This document shows positions 6,984-16,295 of a stretch of DNA of 64,000 nt, one piece after another. Below the pieces are notes generated by a model that was not told the DNA's origin, ran no database searches, and saw only the letters and a program-made list of their open reading frames with translations. Origin of the DNA: an uncultured Anaerolineales bacterium (GTDB taxonomy: Bacteria; Chloroflexota; Anaerolineae; Anaerolineales; UBA11858). Positions within the stretch are counted from its first letter, which is position 1. Each line of letters starts with the position of its first letter. Where the stretch lies: the NCBI GenBank assembly GCA_964613985.1, contig CAZTJD010000009.1, forward strand, positions 859 to 64,858, given 5' to 3'. The translations under genes were made by a program, and so were the position numbers.

Positions 6984-8159
6984 ATGAAGATTTCTAATGT
7001 GTCTACAATAGCCGTCAGTCTTCCCTGGAAGTCTCCACCGTATTCCACGGAAATGGCCGGTACCAAGCGAGAGTGGGGCCGTAATATTCGCGGGTTCTCA
7101 TACATTCCCGATCTCACTCTCAGTTATGTAATCGTGACCGTTGAGACAGACGAAGGAATCATCGGAGTCGGTGAGGCCGCCACAGACATTGGTTTTTTCG
7201 GAGAGCCTCTCGAGGAGGTCAAGTACGCCATTGAGCGGTATTTTGGTCCAAAGCTCATAGGGAAAGATCCTTTCGACCGGGAGGAGATCCTGCACTTACT
7301 CGACTATCGCGGAAACACATGCGCCAGATCGGGTATTGATCTGGCTTTGCACGACCTTCTCGGCAAGGCTCTTGAAATACCGATTTACGACCTTATTGGG
7401 GGTTGCTGCCGGGACCGGGTGCTTGTCGCCATCGAAATAGCAGGCGGAACGCCGGATGGGATGGCCAAACTCTGTGCGGAATATGTTGAACAAGGGGTGA
7501 GGGCTTTCAAACCCAAGATAGGAGGTTATCCTGATGAAGATGCCATCAGGCTGAAGGCAATCCGGGAAGCCGTTGGTGAGGGGATCTCTATCAGGGCCGA
7601 TGCCAACCAGGGATATACTCCAAAAGAAGCCATCAGACTGTGCCGGCTGGCAGAAAAATACGATGTCGGACTAGAATTGCTTGAACAGCCGGTGCCTGCC
7701 TGGGACCTGGATGGAATGGCTCTGGTTAGAAAATCCGTCGACACTTTGATCGAGGCAGACGAGAGCGCCTACAGCACTCATGATGTTATGAATATCATCC
7801 GGCAGGGCGCGGCTGATGTGATTAATATCAAGGTAGCCAAGGCTGGGGGACTTTACAACGCCAAGAAAATCGCCGCTCTGGCAGAGGCGGCGGGTCTTGG
7901 CTGCGTTTTGGGGACGGCCTTTGGTTTGGGGCTCAAAGTTGCGGCAAAACTGCACCTGGCAGCGTCGACCCGAAACATCATAGATGCGGTCGAGTTCACC
8001 GAGATCATTCTTCATGACAACCTGGCTGAACCCCCGTTTGACCAGGTGTTTACGCTGCCCCTTGAGGACGGTTATTTGCATGTTCCGACAGGACCTGGTC
8101 TCGGGGTCCAACTCGATGAAACCAAAGTGGAACGATACATGATAGATGCTATAAGATAA
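6984..8159 (+). CDS. Enolase-superfamily enzyme, MLE subgroup (dipeptide/amino-acid-derivative epimerase or racemase-like)
   Basis: 391 aa. KxK motif (FKPKIGG), metal-ligand blocks IRADANQGY / LEQPV / EADES, and the second catalytic Lys in DVINIKVAKAGG. Confidence 0.75.
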   Translation: MKISNVSTIAVSLPWKSPPYSTEMAGTKREWGRNIRGFSYIPDLTLSYVIVTVETDEGIIGVGEAATDIGFFGEPLEEVKYAIERYFGPKLIGKDPFDREEILHLLDYRGNTCARSGIDLALHDLLGKALEIPIYDLIGGCCRDRVLVAIEIAGGTPDGMAKLCAEYVEQGVRAFKPKIGGYPDEDAIRLKAIREAVGEGISIRADANQGYTPKEAIRLCRLAEKYDVGLELLEQPVPAWDLDGMALVRKSVDTLIEADESAYSTHDVMNIIRQGAADVINIKVAKAGGLYNAKKIAALAEAAGLGCVLGTAFGLGLKVAAKLHLAASTRNIIDAVEFTEIILHDNLAEPPFDQVFTLPLEDGYLHVPTGPGLGVQLDETKVERYMIDAIR

Positions 8160-8171
8160 GGAAAAAATGAA

Positions 8172-9212
8172 ATGGAACTACTGAGGGTTTTAAGCAATAC
8201 ACCAGGCGTGTCTGGATTTGAGGATCCGGTTCAACTGGTCATTAAGGCTGAACTTGAGCCGGTCTGCGACAGCGTGCACGTTGACAAGATCGGTAATGTC
8301 ATCGGGTTTAAAAGAGGTGTCCACACTGAGCAGAGCTCGATACCGCTAAAAGTGATGCTAGCCGCACACATGGACGAGATCGGCTTTATGGTCAAGCATA
8401 TCGATTGCGACGGCTTTGTGCGCTTTATGCCTATCGGTGGCTTCGACCCCCGGACGCTGGTTGCGCAGCGTGTAATCATTCATGGTCGACAGGATGTCAA
8501 AGGGGTGATTGCACCACAGCCAAATTGGATCATGAGTGACAAAGACCGGCAAAAAGTACTGGATATCAAGGAGCTTATTATTGATACCGGGATGGACAGG
8601 GAAACGATCTCGAACCTGGTCTCCATTGGTGATGTCATCAGTCTGTCACAATCTTTTGACGAGATGAATGACAATGTGGTTATTGGCAGGAACTTTGACG
8701 ACCGCGTTGGCGTGTACGCGATGCTCGAAGCGATGAAACGTATCAACGAGTGCCAGGTAGATGTCTATGCGGTTGCTACGGTGCAGGAGGAAGTTGGTCT
8801 GCGCGGTGTGCCCACTGCAGCCTATGCGATTGAGCCTGATGTGGGTATCGCGCTTGATGGCAGCCTGGCGTCTGACGTCCCCTATGCCAAAGAGGAGGAA
8901 AAACACTGCATCATGGGGGCCGGTACAGGGATCTATGCTATGGATAATCTTACAATCAGCGACCGCAAGTTGTTTCAATTTTTGCTGCAGCTCGCCCAGA
9001 AGGAGGGGATTAAGACCCAGATCAATCTGGGCGGTGGTACGGATGCCTCGATCATTCAGCGGCACAGAACAGGAGCGAGGGTGTGCACGATTGGTCCACC
9101 GACACGGTATATGCATTCGACGGTTCAAATGTGTAGCGTGGAGGACATCGAGAGCACAATTAAACTGTTGGTGGCTTTTTTACATAATGCCCACAAAGGA
9201 GAATTTAGATGA
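8172..9212 (+). CDS. M42-family aminopeptidase (FrvX/YpdE/PepA-like)
   Basis: 346 aa. N-terminal LLRVLSNTPGVSGFE, HMDEIGF, ATVQEEVGLRG and GGGTDA blocks typical of M42 metallopeptidases. Confidence 0.85.
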   Translation: MELLRVLSNTPGVSGFEDPVQLVIKAELEPVCDSVHVDKIGNVIGFKRGVHTEQSSIPLKVMLAAHMDEIGFMVKHIDCDGFVRFMPIGGFDPRTLVAQRVIIHGRQDVKGVIAPQPNWIMSDKDRQKVLDIKELIIDTGMDRETISNLVSIGDVISLSQSFDEMNDNVVIGRNFDDRVGVYAMLEAMKRINECQVDVYAVATVQEEVGLRGVPTAAYAIEPDVGIALDGSLASDVPYAKEEEKHCIMGAGTGIYAMDNLTISDRKLFQFLLQLAQKEGIKTQINLGGGTDASIIQRHRTGARVCTIGPPTRYMHSTVQMCSVEDIESTIKLLVAFLHNAHKGEFR

Positions 9213-10558
9213 ATGCAATGTACCAATCAGATTTTACAAAAGGGGAATTTCAAACTCGAAGGGAAAAAGTATACCAGGCAATTGGCTCCCAGGCCGTGGC
9301 TTTAATCCAAGGTTCTGCCAAAAATCCCGGTCATGCTGTTTTTCGGCAGAACAATGATTTTTATTATCTCTGTGGCGTAGAAACACCGCATGCCTATCTC
9401 TTCTTAGATGGCATAAACCAGACCAGCACGCTCTTTCTTGCCCATCAAAGCAAAGCACAGTTGGAGACTGAAGGCGAGATTCTTTCGGCAGAGAATGCCG
9501 GTCTTGTCCAGGAACTAACGGGTATCGATCAAGTATTGGGGATCGAATTCCTGGCCCAGTACCTGGAGAATGTACGTATTCTTTATACGCCAATGCGTCA
9601 GGGTGAAAGGGAAAAGATGAGTAGCGATACCTTACGACGGGCGCAGCAAGAGATTTTTTCAGATCCCTGGGACGGTCGCTTGGACCGGATGCGACACTTC
9701 GTCTCAAAGTTACATGAACGCTATCCTATGGCCGAAATCCGAGACCTGAGTCCGACGCTGGACGATCTGCGGCTGATCAAGAGTGAACAGGAATTGGCGT
9801 TGCTGCGTAAGGCCGGCAAATTGAGCGCACTTGGCACCATCGAGGCCATGCGTTCAACAAGGCCAGACGTCATCGAATATCAGCTTGATGCTGCGATGCG
9901 CTATCACTATTTGATCAATGGGGCGCGAGATGCTGGGTACAACGCCATCGTTGCTGGTGGTGACAATGCCTGGTATGGGCATTACAGCGCCAACAACTGC
10001 CCTTTGCTGGATGGCGATCTGGTGCTGGTCGATTGTGCACCCGATTACCATTATTACACTAGCGACATTGGTCGGATGTGGCCGGTAAACGGGCATTACT
10101 CGTCTTTGCAACGAGAGTTGTATGGCTTTATAGTCAAATATCACAAGGTCCTTTTGAATCTAATCCGCCCAGGATTCACAGATACGTGGATCCTACAAAG
10201 AGCTGCTGCTGAGATGCTTAATGTTATTGAAAACACCGAGTTTTCGAAGGAGGTCTATGAGGCAGCGGCGCGGCGGGCACTCGAGTTTCCTTATCACATG
10301 TCGCACTGTGTAGGAATGGCCGTGCATGATGTTGGACATTATCGAGGCAAAGAACTTAAACCTGGTATGGTCTTTGCGGTTGATCCAATGATGTGGATTC
10401 CCGAGGAACGACTCTACATCCGAGTAGAAGATACGGTGACGGTCACGGAGGAAGGGATAGAAAACTTTACTTCTGATGCCCCTCTAGAGCTGAGTGATGT
10501 TGAAGCGCTCATGAGAGAGTCTGGTATCCTTGATCGGTTTCCAGTTCTGTCCGACTGA
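9209..10558 (+). CDS. M24B-family Xaa-Pro aminopeptidase / prolidase-like
   Basis: 449 aa. Creatinase-type N-domain plus pita-bread motifs DCAPDYHYYTSDIGR, HCVGMAVHDVG and IRVEDTVTVTEEG. ATGA start/stop overlap with the M42 gene. Confidence 0.85.
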   Translation: MNAMYQSDFTKGEFQTRREKVYQAIGSQAVALIQGSAKNPGHAVFRQNNDFYYLCGVETPHAYLFLDGINQTSTLFLAHQSKAQLETEGEILSAENAGLVQELTGIDQVLGIEFLAQYLENVRILYTPMRQGEREKMSSDTLRRAQQEIFSDPWDGRLDRMRHFVSKLHERYPMAEIRDLSPTLDDLRLIKSEQELALLRKAGKLSALGTIEAMRSTRPDVIEYQLDAAMRYHYLINGARDAGYNAIVAGGDNAWYGHYSANNCPLLDGDLVLVDCAPDYHYYTSDIGRMWPVNGHYSSLQRELYGFIVKYHKVLLNLIRPGFTDTWILQRAAAEMLNVIENTEFSKEVYEAAARRALEFPYHMSHCVGMAVHDVGHYRGKELKPGMVFAVDPMMWIPEERLYIRVEDTVTVTEEGIENFTSDAPLELSDVEALMRESGILDRFPVLSD

Positions 10559-10797
10559 TGGAAAGGCGGTTCATTCACCGCTCACACGAATTCCATGGCC
10601 CAGGCCCGGGCAAATAACATTATAAAATCTATTTTGGATTCGAGGCTTATTGGTCACCCAATTAAAAATCTCTTTACAACCTAATAATTCCCCGGTGGAC
10701 AGAATCGAATGCAAGGATTGGCTGGTCTATATTGATTTATCGGTATTCGGCAAACAGAGAATACTCGAGCAGTCTGCATACGTAGGTATAAATCATC

Positions 10798-10858
10798 TTG
10801 ACTATGATGTGGATATTTGCTACAATTTAGGAAACCGGTTGCGCAACCGGTTTCCTAA
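10798..10858 (+). promoter_or_regulatory. lacI promoter plus 32-bp perfect palindromic operator, copy B
   Basis: TTGACT (10798-10803), 17 nt, TACAAT (10821-10826), immediately followed by TTAGGAAACCGGTTGC|GCAACCGGTTTCCTAA (10827-10858). All 16 pairs verified. Confidence 0.75.
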
Positions 10859-10913
10859 GGCAAATTTATCTGATTATTTAGCATTCACACAATTCATCTT
10901 ATAAGGAGGCGCT

Positions 10914-11924
10914 GTGCCCCGAGCGACGATCAAAGATGTAGCTGCCCTGGCCGGAGTTTCAAAGACGACAGTTTCTCATGTTATTAACGAAACTCGCTTT
11001 GTCGAGGGAGATACGCGCCAAAAAGTATTGCAGGCTATTGATGAACTTCAATACCGGCCGAATGCCGCCGCTCGCAGCTTAACAACCAAGCGAACCGGGA
11101 CAATCGGGATGCTTATCTCTGACGCGTCTAACCCATTTTTTGGAGAAATTCTGCTTAGCGTTGAAGAGATCCTTCGTCCTAAAGATTATGCATTAATTAT
11201 CTGTAATACAACCGAAACTCTGGAGTATGAGGCTCATTATCTCGACCTGCTCTTAGGTCAACGAGTCGATGGAATAATTGCAGCAGCTACCAGCCAACCT
11301 TGGATCGAGCTATCCAAAGCGGAAATACAGCATACCCCTGTTGTTTTTGTAGATCGCGCTTTTGATAATTTTGATGGTTTTTATGTTGGTGTGGATAACC
11401 AAGCCGGTGCTTATATGGGTACTCAGCACCTGATCCAATGTGGCTATCATAAAATAGGCGTTTTGGCTGGTTTAGAGCGCCTATCCACTATGCGAAAACG
11501 CCTGGATGGATATTGTCGAGCTCTGAAAGATGCCAATATTCCACTCAACCGTCAATGGATTATTCCATCTCAACTAAGTATTGATGGAGGCCGGCAAGCG
11601 TTTAGGACGCTCTTTAGCCTGGGGGATAAACCTGATGCAGTCTTTATAAACAACAATCTATTGGCGTTGGGTGCTTTGTTGGAAATGGCAGAGCTCAATA
11701 TAGATTGTATAATAGATCTGGGAATTGTCGTTTTTGATGATCATCCATGGGCGGCAGTTACAAATCCTCCACTCACGGTCGTAAGGCAGCCGACTCATAA
11801 AATTGGTCAAACTGCTGCCGAGATGATCCTGGCACTTATCAATAATCAACCAGTGGCAGAAAAGCGTGTAATTCTTGAGTGTGAATTGATCGTGCGCCAA
11901 TCTTGTTTATCCTTGCAAAGCTAA
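10914..11924 (+). CDS. LacI-family transcriptional regulator
   Basis: 336 aa, GTG start after [42 protein letters not shown] hinge, and a type-1 PBP effector domain. Confidence 0.9.
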   Translation: MPRATIKDVAALAGVSKTTVSHVINETRFVEGDTRQKVLQAIDELQYRPNAAARSLTTKRTGTIGMLISDASNPFFGEILLSVEEILRPKDYALIICNTTETLEYEAHYLDLLLGQRVDGIIAAATSQPWIELSKAEIQHTPVVFVDRAFDNFDGFYVGVDNQAGAYMGTQHLIQCGYHKIGVLAGLERLSTMRKRLDGYCRALKDANIPLNRQWIIPSQLSIDGGRQAFRTLFSLGDKPDAVFINNNLLALGALLEMAELNIDCIIDLGIVVFDDHPWAAVTNPPLTVVRQPTHKIGQTAAEMILALINNQPVAEKRVILECELIVRQSCLSLQS

Positions 11925-11948
11925 TTCATAAATCAAAACGAAGAAATC

Positions 11949-12050
11949 ATGGATTATACAAGCAACGAACGTGTTTTAGCCGCCCTGCAGCACAAAGAAT
12001 CCAACCGAGTACACATAATCGAGCGGAAAGAGCAGGAAAAAGAATGCTGA
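11949..12050 (+). pseudogene. 33-codon remnant resembling the N-terminus of a URO-D-like protein
   Basis: MDYTSNERVLAALQHKESNRVH... resembles the N-terminus of the intact paralogs (MTGRERVKAALTFTAPDRTP...). It ends at TGA 12048-12050, overlapping the permease ATG at 12044. Confidence 0.4.
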
Positions 12051-12967
12051 ATTATATTCTCAAGCGCTTCGCAATGATGCTGATCACCCTATTCATCATT
12101 ATCACGGCTACTTTCTTCCTCATGCGAGCAATACCGGGAGGCCCGTTCTCCTTTGACCGGGTGCTTCCACCCAGCGTAGAAGAAGCCCTTGAAGCAAAAT
12201 ATAACCTCGATAAACCCGTCATTGAGCAGTATTTTGATTATCTTCTCGGAATAATCCGATTCGATTTCGGCCCATCGTATGTCTACTTCGGTCAGACGGT
12301 GAACGAAATGATGGCGGATGGCTGGCCTGCTTCTGCCACATTGGGCGCCGCCGCTACTATCCTCATTATTCTGCTGGGACTGCCAATGGGCATTGTGGCG
12401 GCGCTCAACCGCAATAAACCTGCGGATCGCATTGCCATGGTCATATCGACCGTTGGGGTGGTTGTGCCCTCCTTTGTGATGGCAACGTTTCTACTCTACT
12501 TCTTTTCGATAAAAGTGGAGTTATTTCCCACATTCGGTGTGGAAAGCTACCGGGGTTATATACTGCCGGCGATCTGTCTTGCGATCGGGCCGGTGTGTGG
12601 CATTGCCAGACTGGCACGTTCCAGCATGCTGGATACACTCAGCCAGGATTATATGCGCACAGCCGAATCAAAAGGACTGTCCCGCTCCAGGATTATCATC
12701 GTACACGGGCTGCGCAATTCGCTCATTCCGGTTACGACATCTCTGGGCATGATATTTGCCGCCATGCTTTCCGGTACTTTTGTAATTGAGAAAATATTTG
12801 CCGTGCCCGGATTGGGTAGATATTTCGTCTTCTCGATCACAAACCGCGATTATACTGCCGTGATGGGTCTGACAATCCTTTCTTCCGTCATTATGGTCGT
12901 TGCAGTTTTTCTCATTGACATCATTTATTTGCTCATCGACCCGCGCATCAAGCTCTATGAAAAGTAG
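12044..12967 (+). CDS. Opp/Dpp-type ABC permease (DppB-like)
   Basis: MLNYILKRFAMMLITLF start typical of the family. 6-TM BPD_transp_1 pattern (YMRTAESKGLS motif). The ORF opens at 11903, but ATG 12044 follows a purine-rich RBS. Confidence 0.85.
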   Translation: MLNYILKRFAMMLITLFIIITATFFLMRAIPGGPFSFDRVLPPSVEEALEAKYNLDKPVIEQYFDYLLGIIRFDFGPSYVYFGQTVNEMMADGWPASATLGAAATILIILLGLPMGIVAALNRNKPADRIAMVISTVGVVVPSFVMATFLLYFFSIKVELFPTFGVESYRGYILPAICLAIGPVCGIARLARSSMLDTLSQDYMRTAESKGLSRSRIIIVHGLRNSLIPVTTSLGMIFAAMLSGTFVIEKIFAVPGLGRYFVFSITNRDYTAVMGLTILSSVIMVVAVFLIDIIYLLIDPRIKLYEK

Positions 12968-12983
12968 GAGAAAAGCAACCGTT

Positions 12984-14156
12984 ATGATCGATACTCAGCA
13001 AGAACAGCTTGTCAAGGACTGGACACCGTTGCCACAGGAAGATAAACACGCGGAAACCATCACGGGAATAACGCTAAGTTATTGGCAGGATGTTCGACGC
13101 AGGCTTTTTAAAAACAAAGTGGCCATCGCCTCGATTTTTGTCATTATCATGATTATGCTTGCATCCATATTCGGCCCCCTCCTTACCGGTAAAACCTATG
13201 AAGCACAGCAACTCTCCCTCCGCAACATGCCGCCGCGCATAGAAATTCATACGTCGAGTGATGGCACAATTTTTTTTGTGCACCCAGATTTGAAAGTTTT
13301 CCTGGCGCAGGAGAACGGTTATGTTAGCGAGGAATTGGCGCCGGTATCGGCAAATTTGAGTGACAAGATGTTCATCTTTGAACATAACGGAAACCCATAT
13401 TATCTCAACTTTTCGGGGGGCAGCATCAAGTTTTTGAATGAAAACCAAGAACCATTGCCGCAGCGCAAGACAACCTGGAATAAGAACTATCTCCTAGGTA
13501 CGGATTCTCTTGGCCGAGATATGCTCACCAGACTGCTTTATGGTGGTCGTATCTCCTTATTGGTGGCGTTTACCGTGACGATTAGCACCATGTTGATTGG
13601 CGTGATTTACGGTGGAATCTCGGGGTACTATGGCGGCAACACAGACATCCTGATGATGCGTGTGGTGGAGATCCTGATGGCGATCCCGAGCATAATCTAT
13701 ATCATCCTGTTAATGGTCTATCTTGGACAAGGGGTTTACAACATCCTGATTGCCATGGCGCTGACTTCCTGGCTTGGGATGGCGCAGCTGGTTAGGGGCC
13801 AGGTCCTGGGGTTGAAAGAGCAGGAATTTGTTCTTGCGGCAAGAAGTGTCGGCATATCGCCTTTTAAAATCATTCTCAATCATTTGCTCCCTAACAGCAT
13901 TGGCCCGATAATCGTTTCTGCGACTTTAAGTATTCCCGGAGCGATTGCGGGAGAAGCATTTATGAGTTTTATAGGTCTCGGTGTGAGGCCTCCAATGCCC
14001 TCCTTGGGTATTTTGAGCAACGAAGGTCTTAGCGCGATTCGTTCATCTCCCTATCAGATCTTGTTACCCAGTATTGCCATCAGTCTGACAATGTTTGCGT
14101 TCAATTTCTTGGGTGATGGCTTGCGTGATGCGCTGGATCCGAAACTACGTGTTTAA
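12984..14156 (+). CDS. Opp/Dpp-type ABC permease (DppC/OppC-like, long N-terminal extracytoplasmic segment)
   Basis: ATG 12984 is preceded by AGGAG. One N-terminal TM, about 100 aa of loop, then the conserved permease core (LLGTDSLGRDMLTRLLYGGRISL). Confidence 0.85.
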   Translation: MIDTQQEQLVKDWTPLPQEDKHAETITGITLSYWQDVRRRLFKNKVAIASIFVIIMIMLASIFGPLLTGKTYEAQQLSLRNMPPRIEIHTSSDGTIFFVHPDLKVFLAQENGYVSEELAPVSANLSDKMFIFEHNGNPYYLNFSGGSIKFLNENQEPLPQRKTTWNKNYLLGTDSLGRDMLTRLLYGGRISLLVAFTVTISTMLIGVIYGGISGYYGGNTDILMMRVVEILMAIPSIIYIILLMVYLGQGVYNILIAMALTSWLGMAQLVRGQVLGLKEQEFVLAARSVGISPFKIILNHLLPNSIGPIIVSATLSIPGAIAGEAFMSFIGLGVRPPMPSLGILSNEGLSAIRSSPYQILLPSIAISLTMFAFNFLGDGLRDALDPKLRV

Positions 14157-14167
14157 GGACGCTTTGA

Positions 14168-15178
14168 ATGAGTGTTCAACCGTTATTGGAAGTGAATAAT
14201 CTGCGTACCTCCTTTTTTACATTTTCAGGTGAGGTGCAGGCGGTTCGGAATGTCAGTTTTGATCTGGTAGATGGGGAGATTGTCGGTATTGTGGGAGAGA
14301 GCGGCTCAGGTAAATCTGTTCTGTGTCTATCAGTCATACGCCTGCTCCACGAATCTGGTCAGATCGTTGATGGTCAGATCCTTTATGATGGCAAGAATGT
14401 CCTTGGGATGTCCAAAGAAAATCTGCGCAGGCTGCGTAACACTCAAATCGGCATGGTATTTCAAGAACCGATGACCAGTTTGAACCCGACCATCCGGGTT
14501 GGAACGCAGATCGTGGAACGCATCCGGGCATTTAATAAGAAAATCAGCAAAGAGCAAGCCCGTAAGAAGGCCGAGCAGTTACTGGAGATGGTCAAGATCC
14601 CTGAGGCGGAGAGGCATCTGGATTCATACCCGTTTGAATTATCCGGCGGTATGCGCCAGCGGGTGATGTTTTCCATTGCCATCGCCTGCAACCCCAAACT
14701 ACTCATCCTGGATGAACCGACGACTGCGCTGGATGTCACCATTCAGAGCCAGATTCTGAAATTAATCCGCAACATTCAGAAGGAAACAGGTGCTTCCATC
14801 ATCCTGATTACACATGATTTAGGAGTTGTGGCGGAAACCTGTAAGCGTGTCATCGTCATGTATGGCGGCATGATCATGGAGGAAGGGCTGGTTGAAGAAA
14901 TATTCTACGAGACCGCACACCAATACACGATTGGATTAAAGAAATCTATCCCTGATGTCAATAAGGTCGGTGGGGACCGTCTGTTTTCAATCGCCGGGAC
15001 GCCACCCAGTCTGCTCGAGCCGCCCAAGGGATGTCCGTTCTATGCACGTTGCGATAAGGCCATGAAAGTGTGCATTGAGCACCGCCCGCCTTATTTCCAA
15101 CTCAGTCCGACGCACCACAGCATGTGCTGGCTACTGGACCCTGAAATGCCGGGGCAATCCGACCAAGGAGGCCAGTAA
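14168..15178 (+). CDS. Opp/Dpp-type ABC ATPase (OppD-like)
   Basis: Walker A GESGSGKS, LSGGMRQR, LLILDEPTTALD, and a C-terminal oligopeptide-ATPase extension with Cys residues (KGCPFYARC). Confidence 0.9.
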   Translation: MSVQPLLEVNNLRTSFFTFSGEVQAVRNVSFDLVDGEIVGIVGESGSGKSVLCLSVIRLLHESGQIVDGQILYDGKNVLGMSKENLRRLRNTQIGMVFQEPMTSLNPTIRVGTQIVERIRAFNKKISKEQARKKAEQLLEMVKIPEAERHLDSYPFELSGGMRQRVMFSIAIACNPKLLILDEPTTALDVTIQSQILKLIRNIQKETGASIILITHDLGVVAETCKRVIVMYGGMIMEEGLVEEIFYETAHQYTIGLKKSIPDVNKVGGDRLFSIAGTPPSLLEPPKGCPFYARCDKAMKVCIEHRPPYFQLSPTHHSMCWLLDPEMPGQSDQGGQ

Positions 15179-16147
15179 ATGGGTGAACAGCACTTGATCG
15201 AGGTAAAAAACCTGAAAAAGTATTTTGGCGGCGGCGGTTTTTTGAGCAAGAAACCAGCCATCAAGGCCGTGGATGACATCTCTTTTTCGATTACCAAGGG
15301 AGAAACATTTGGCCTGATCGGCGAATCGGGCTGTGGTAAATCAACGGTCGCCCGCACGATGATTCGTTTGTATAATCCGACATCTGGTTCGGTGATCTTT
15401 GATGGAACAGATATCGCCAGGCTTGGCGAAAAAGAACTCATGCCATACCGTCGTCGCATCCAGATGATTTTTCAGGATCCTTATGCATCGCTCGACCCGC
15501 GCATGACGGTCAAACGAATCGTAACAGAGCCGCTGACCGCCCATGATTTCTGCCCCAAGTCGGAGTATGAGGAGCGTGTTGCTGAATCTTTGCGCAAGGT
15601 CGGCTTAGAACCGGCTCACATGGGGAAGTATCCACATGAATTCTCGGGCGGTCAGCGCCAGCGTATCGGTATTGCACGAGCAATTATTACCCAACCGGAT
15701 TTTATAATCTGCGATGAACCGATTTCCGCCTTGGATGTATCCATTCAGGCGCAGGTGGTGAACATGCTGCAATCGCTTCAAGAACAGTTGGGATTGACTT
15801 ATTGTTTCATCGCCCACGATCTTGCCATGGTAAAGTACATCTCAAAGCGCATGGCAGTAATGTATGTGGGACAGCTCGTGGAAGTTTCAATCAGTGAGGA
15901 GCTGTACCGCGCCCCACTGCATCCATATACGATCGGCCTTATGCGCGCAGTTCCAATTGCCGATCCCAGGATCGCCCAAATGAAGGATGAGGTTTCAATT
16001 GAAGGTGAGATCCCCAGCCCTTCCAATCCTCCTTCCGGATGTCGCTTCAGGACACGATGCCCGGAATGTATGGATATCTGCAAAGAGGTCAGCCCGATGC
16101 TCAAAGAGATCACCCCAAACCACTTTGTAGCCTGCCACTTGTTTTGA
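15179..16147 (+). CDS. Opp/Dpp-type ABC ATPase (OppF-like)
   Basis: Walker [30 protein letters not shown], and the C-terminal PSGCRFRTRCP motif. The ATG abuts the previous TAA. Confidence 0.9.
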   Translation: MGEQHLIEVKNLKKYFGGGGFLSKKPAIKAVDDISFSITKGETFGLIGESGCGKSTVARTMIRLYNPTSGSVIFDGTDIARLGEKELMPYRRRIQMIFQDPYASLDPRMTVKRIVTEPLTAHDFCPKSEYEERVAESLRKVGLEPAHMGKYPHEFSGGQRQRIGIARAIITQPDFIICDEPISALDVSIQAQVVNMLQSLQEQLGLTYCFIAHDLAMVKYISKRMAVMYVGQLVEVSISEELYRAPLHPYTIGLMRAVPIADPRIAQMKDEVSIEGEIPSPSNPPSGCRFRTRCPECMDICKEVSPMLKEITPNHFVACHLF

Positions 16148-16295
16148 CAACTACAAGGATATGCATCAGCGATAAAATTTAGGACGATTGGAAAGGAGGT
16201 AGGTATATGGATTGAAAAACAAAGATAAGTAGAAGATCAGCAACTGATTGGAAATTCGTGTTTTCGAACTATATTCAAATAATGGAGATAACAAG

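Noticed and set aside
8761-9357. 198-aa plus-strand ORF overlapping the M42 and M24 genes in another frame. Also the antisense ORFs 8231-8479, 8480-8746 and 8646-9128.
   Set aside because: Their products are Arg/Cys/Trp-rich nonsense-like sequences. They lie fully inside strongly supported peptidase genes. They are typical shadow ORFs.
10650-10904. 84-aa plus-strand ORF upstream of lacI, and its counterpart 6179-6376 as a real small gene.
   Set aside because: The ORF at 10650 spans the promoter, operator and RBS of lacI and has no coding features. The ORF at 6179 is the frameshifted lacI duplicate read from an upstream out-of-context start.
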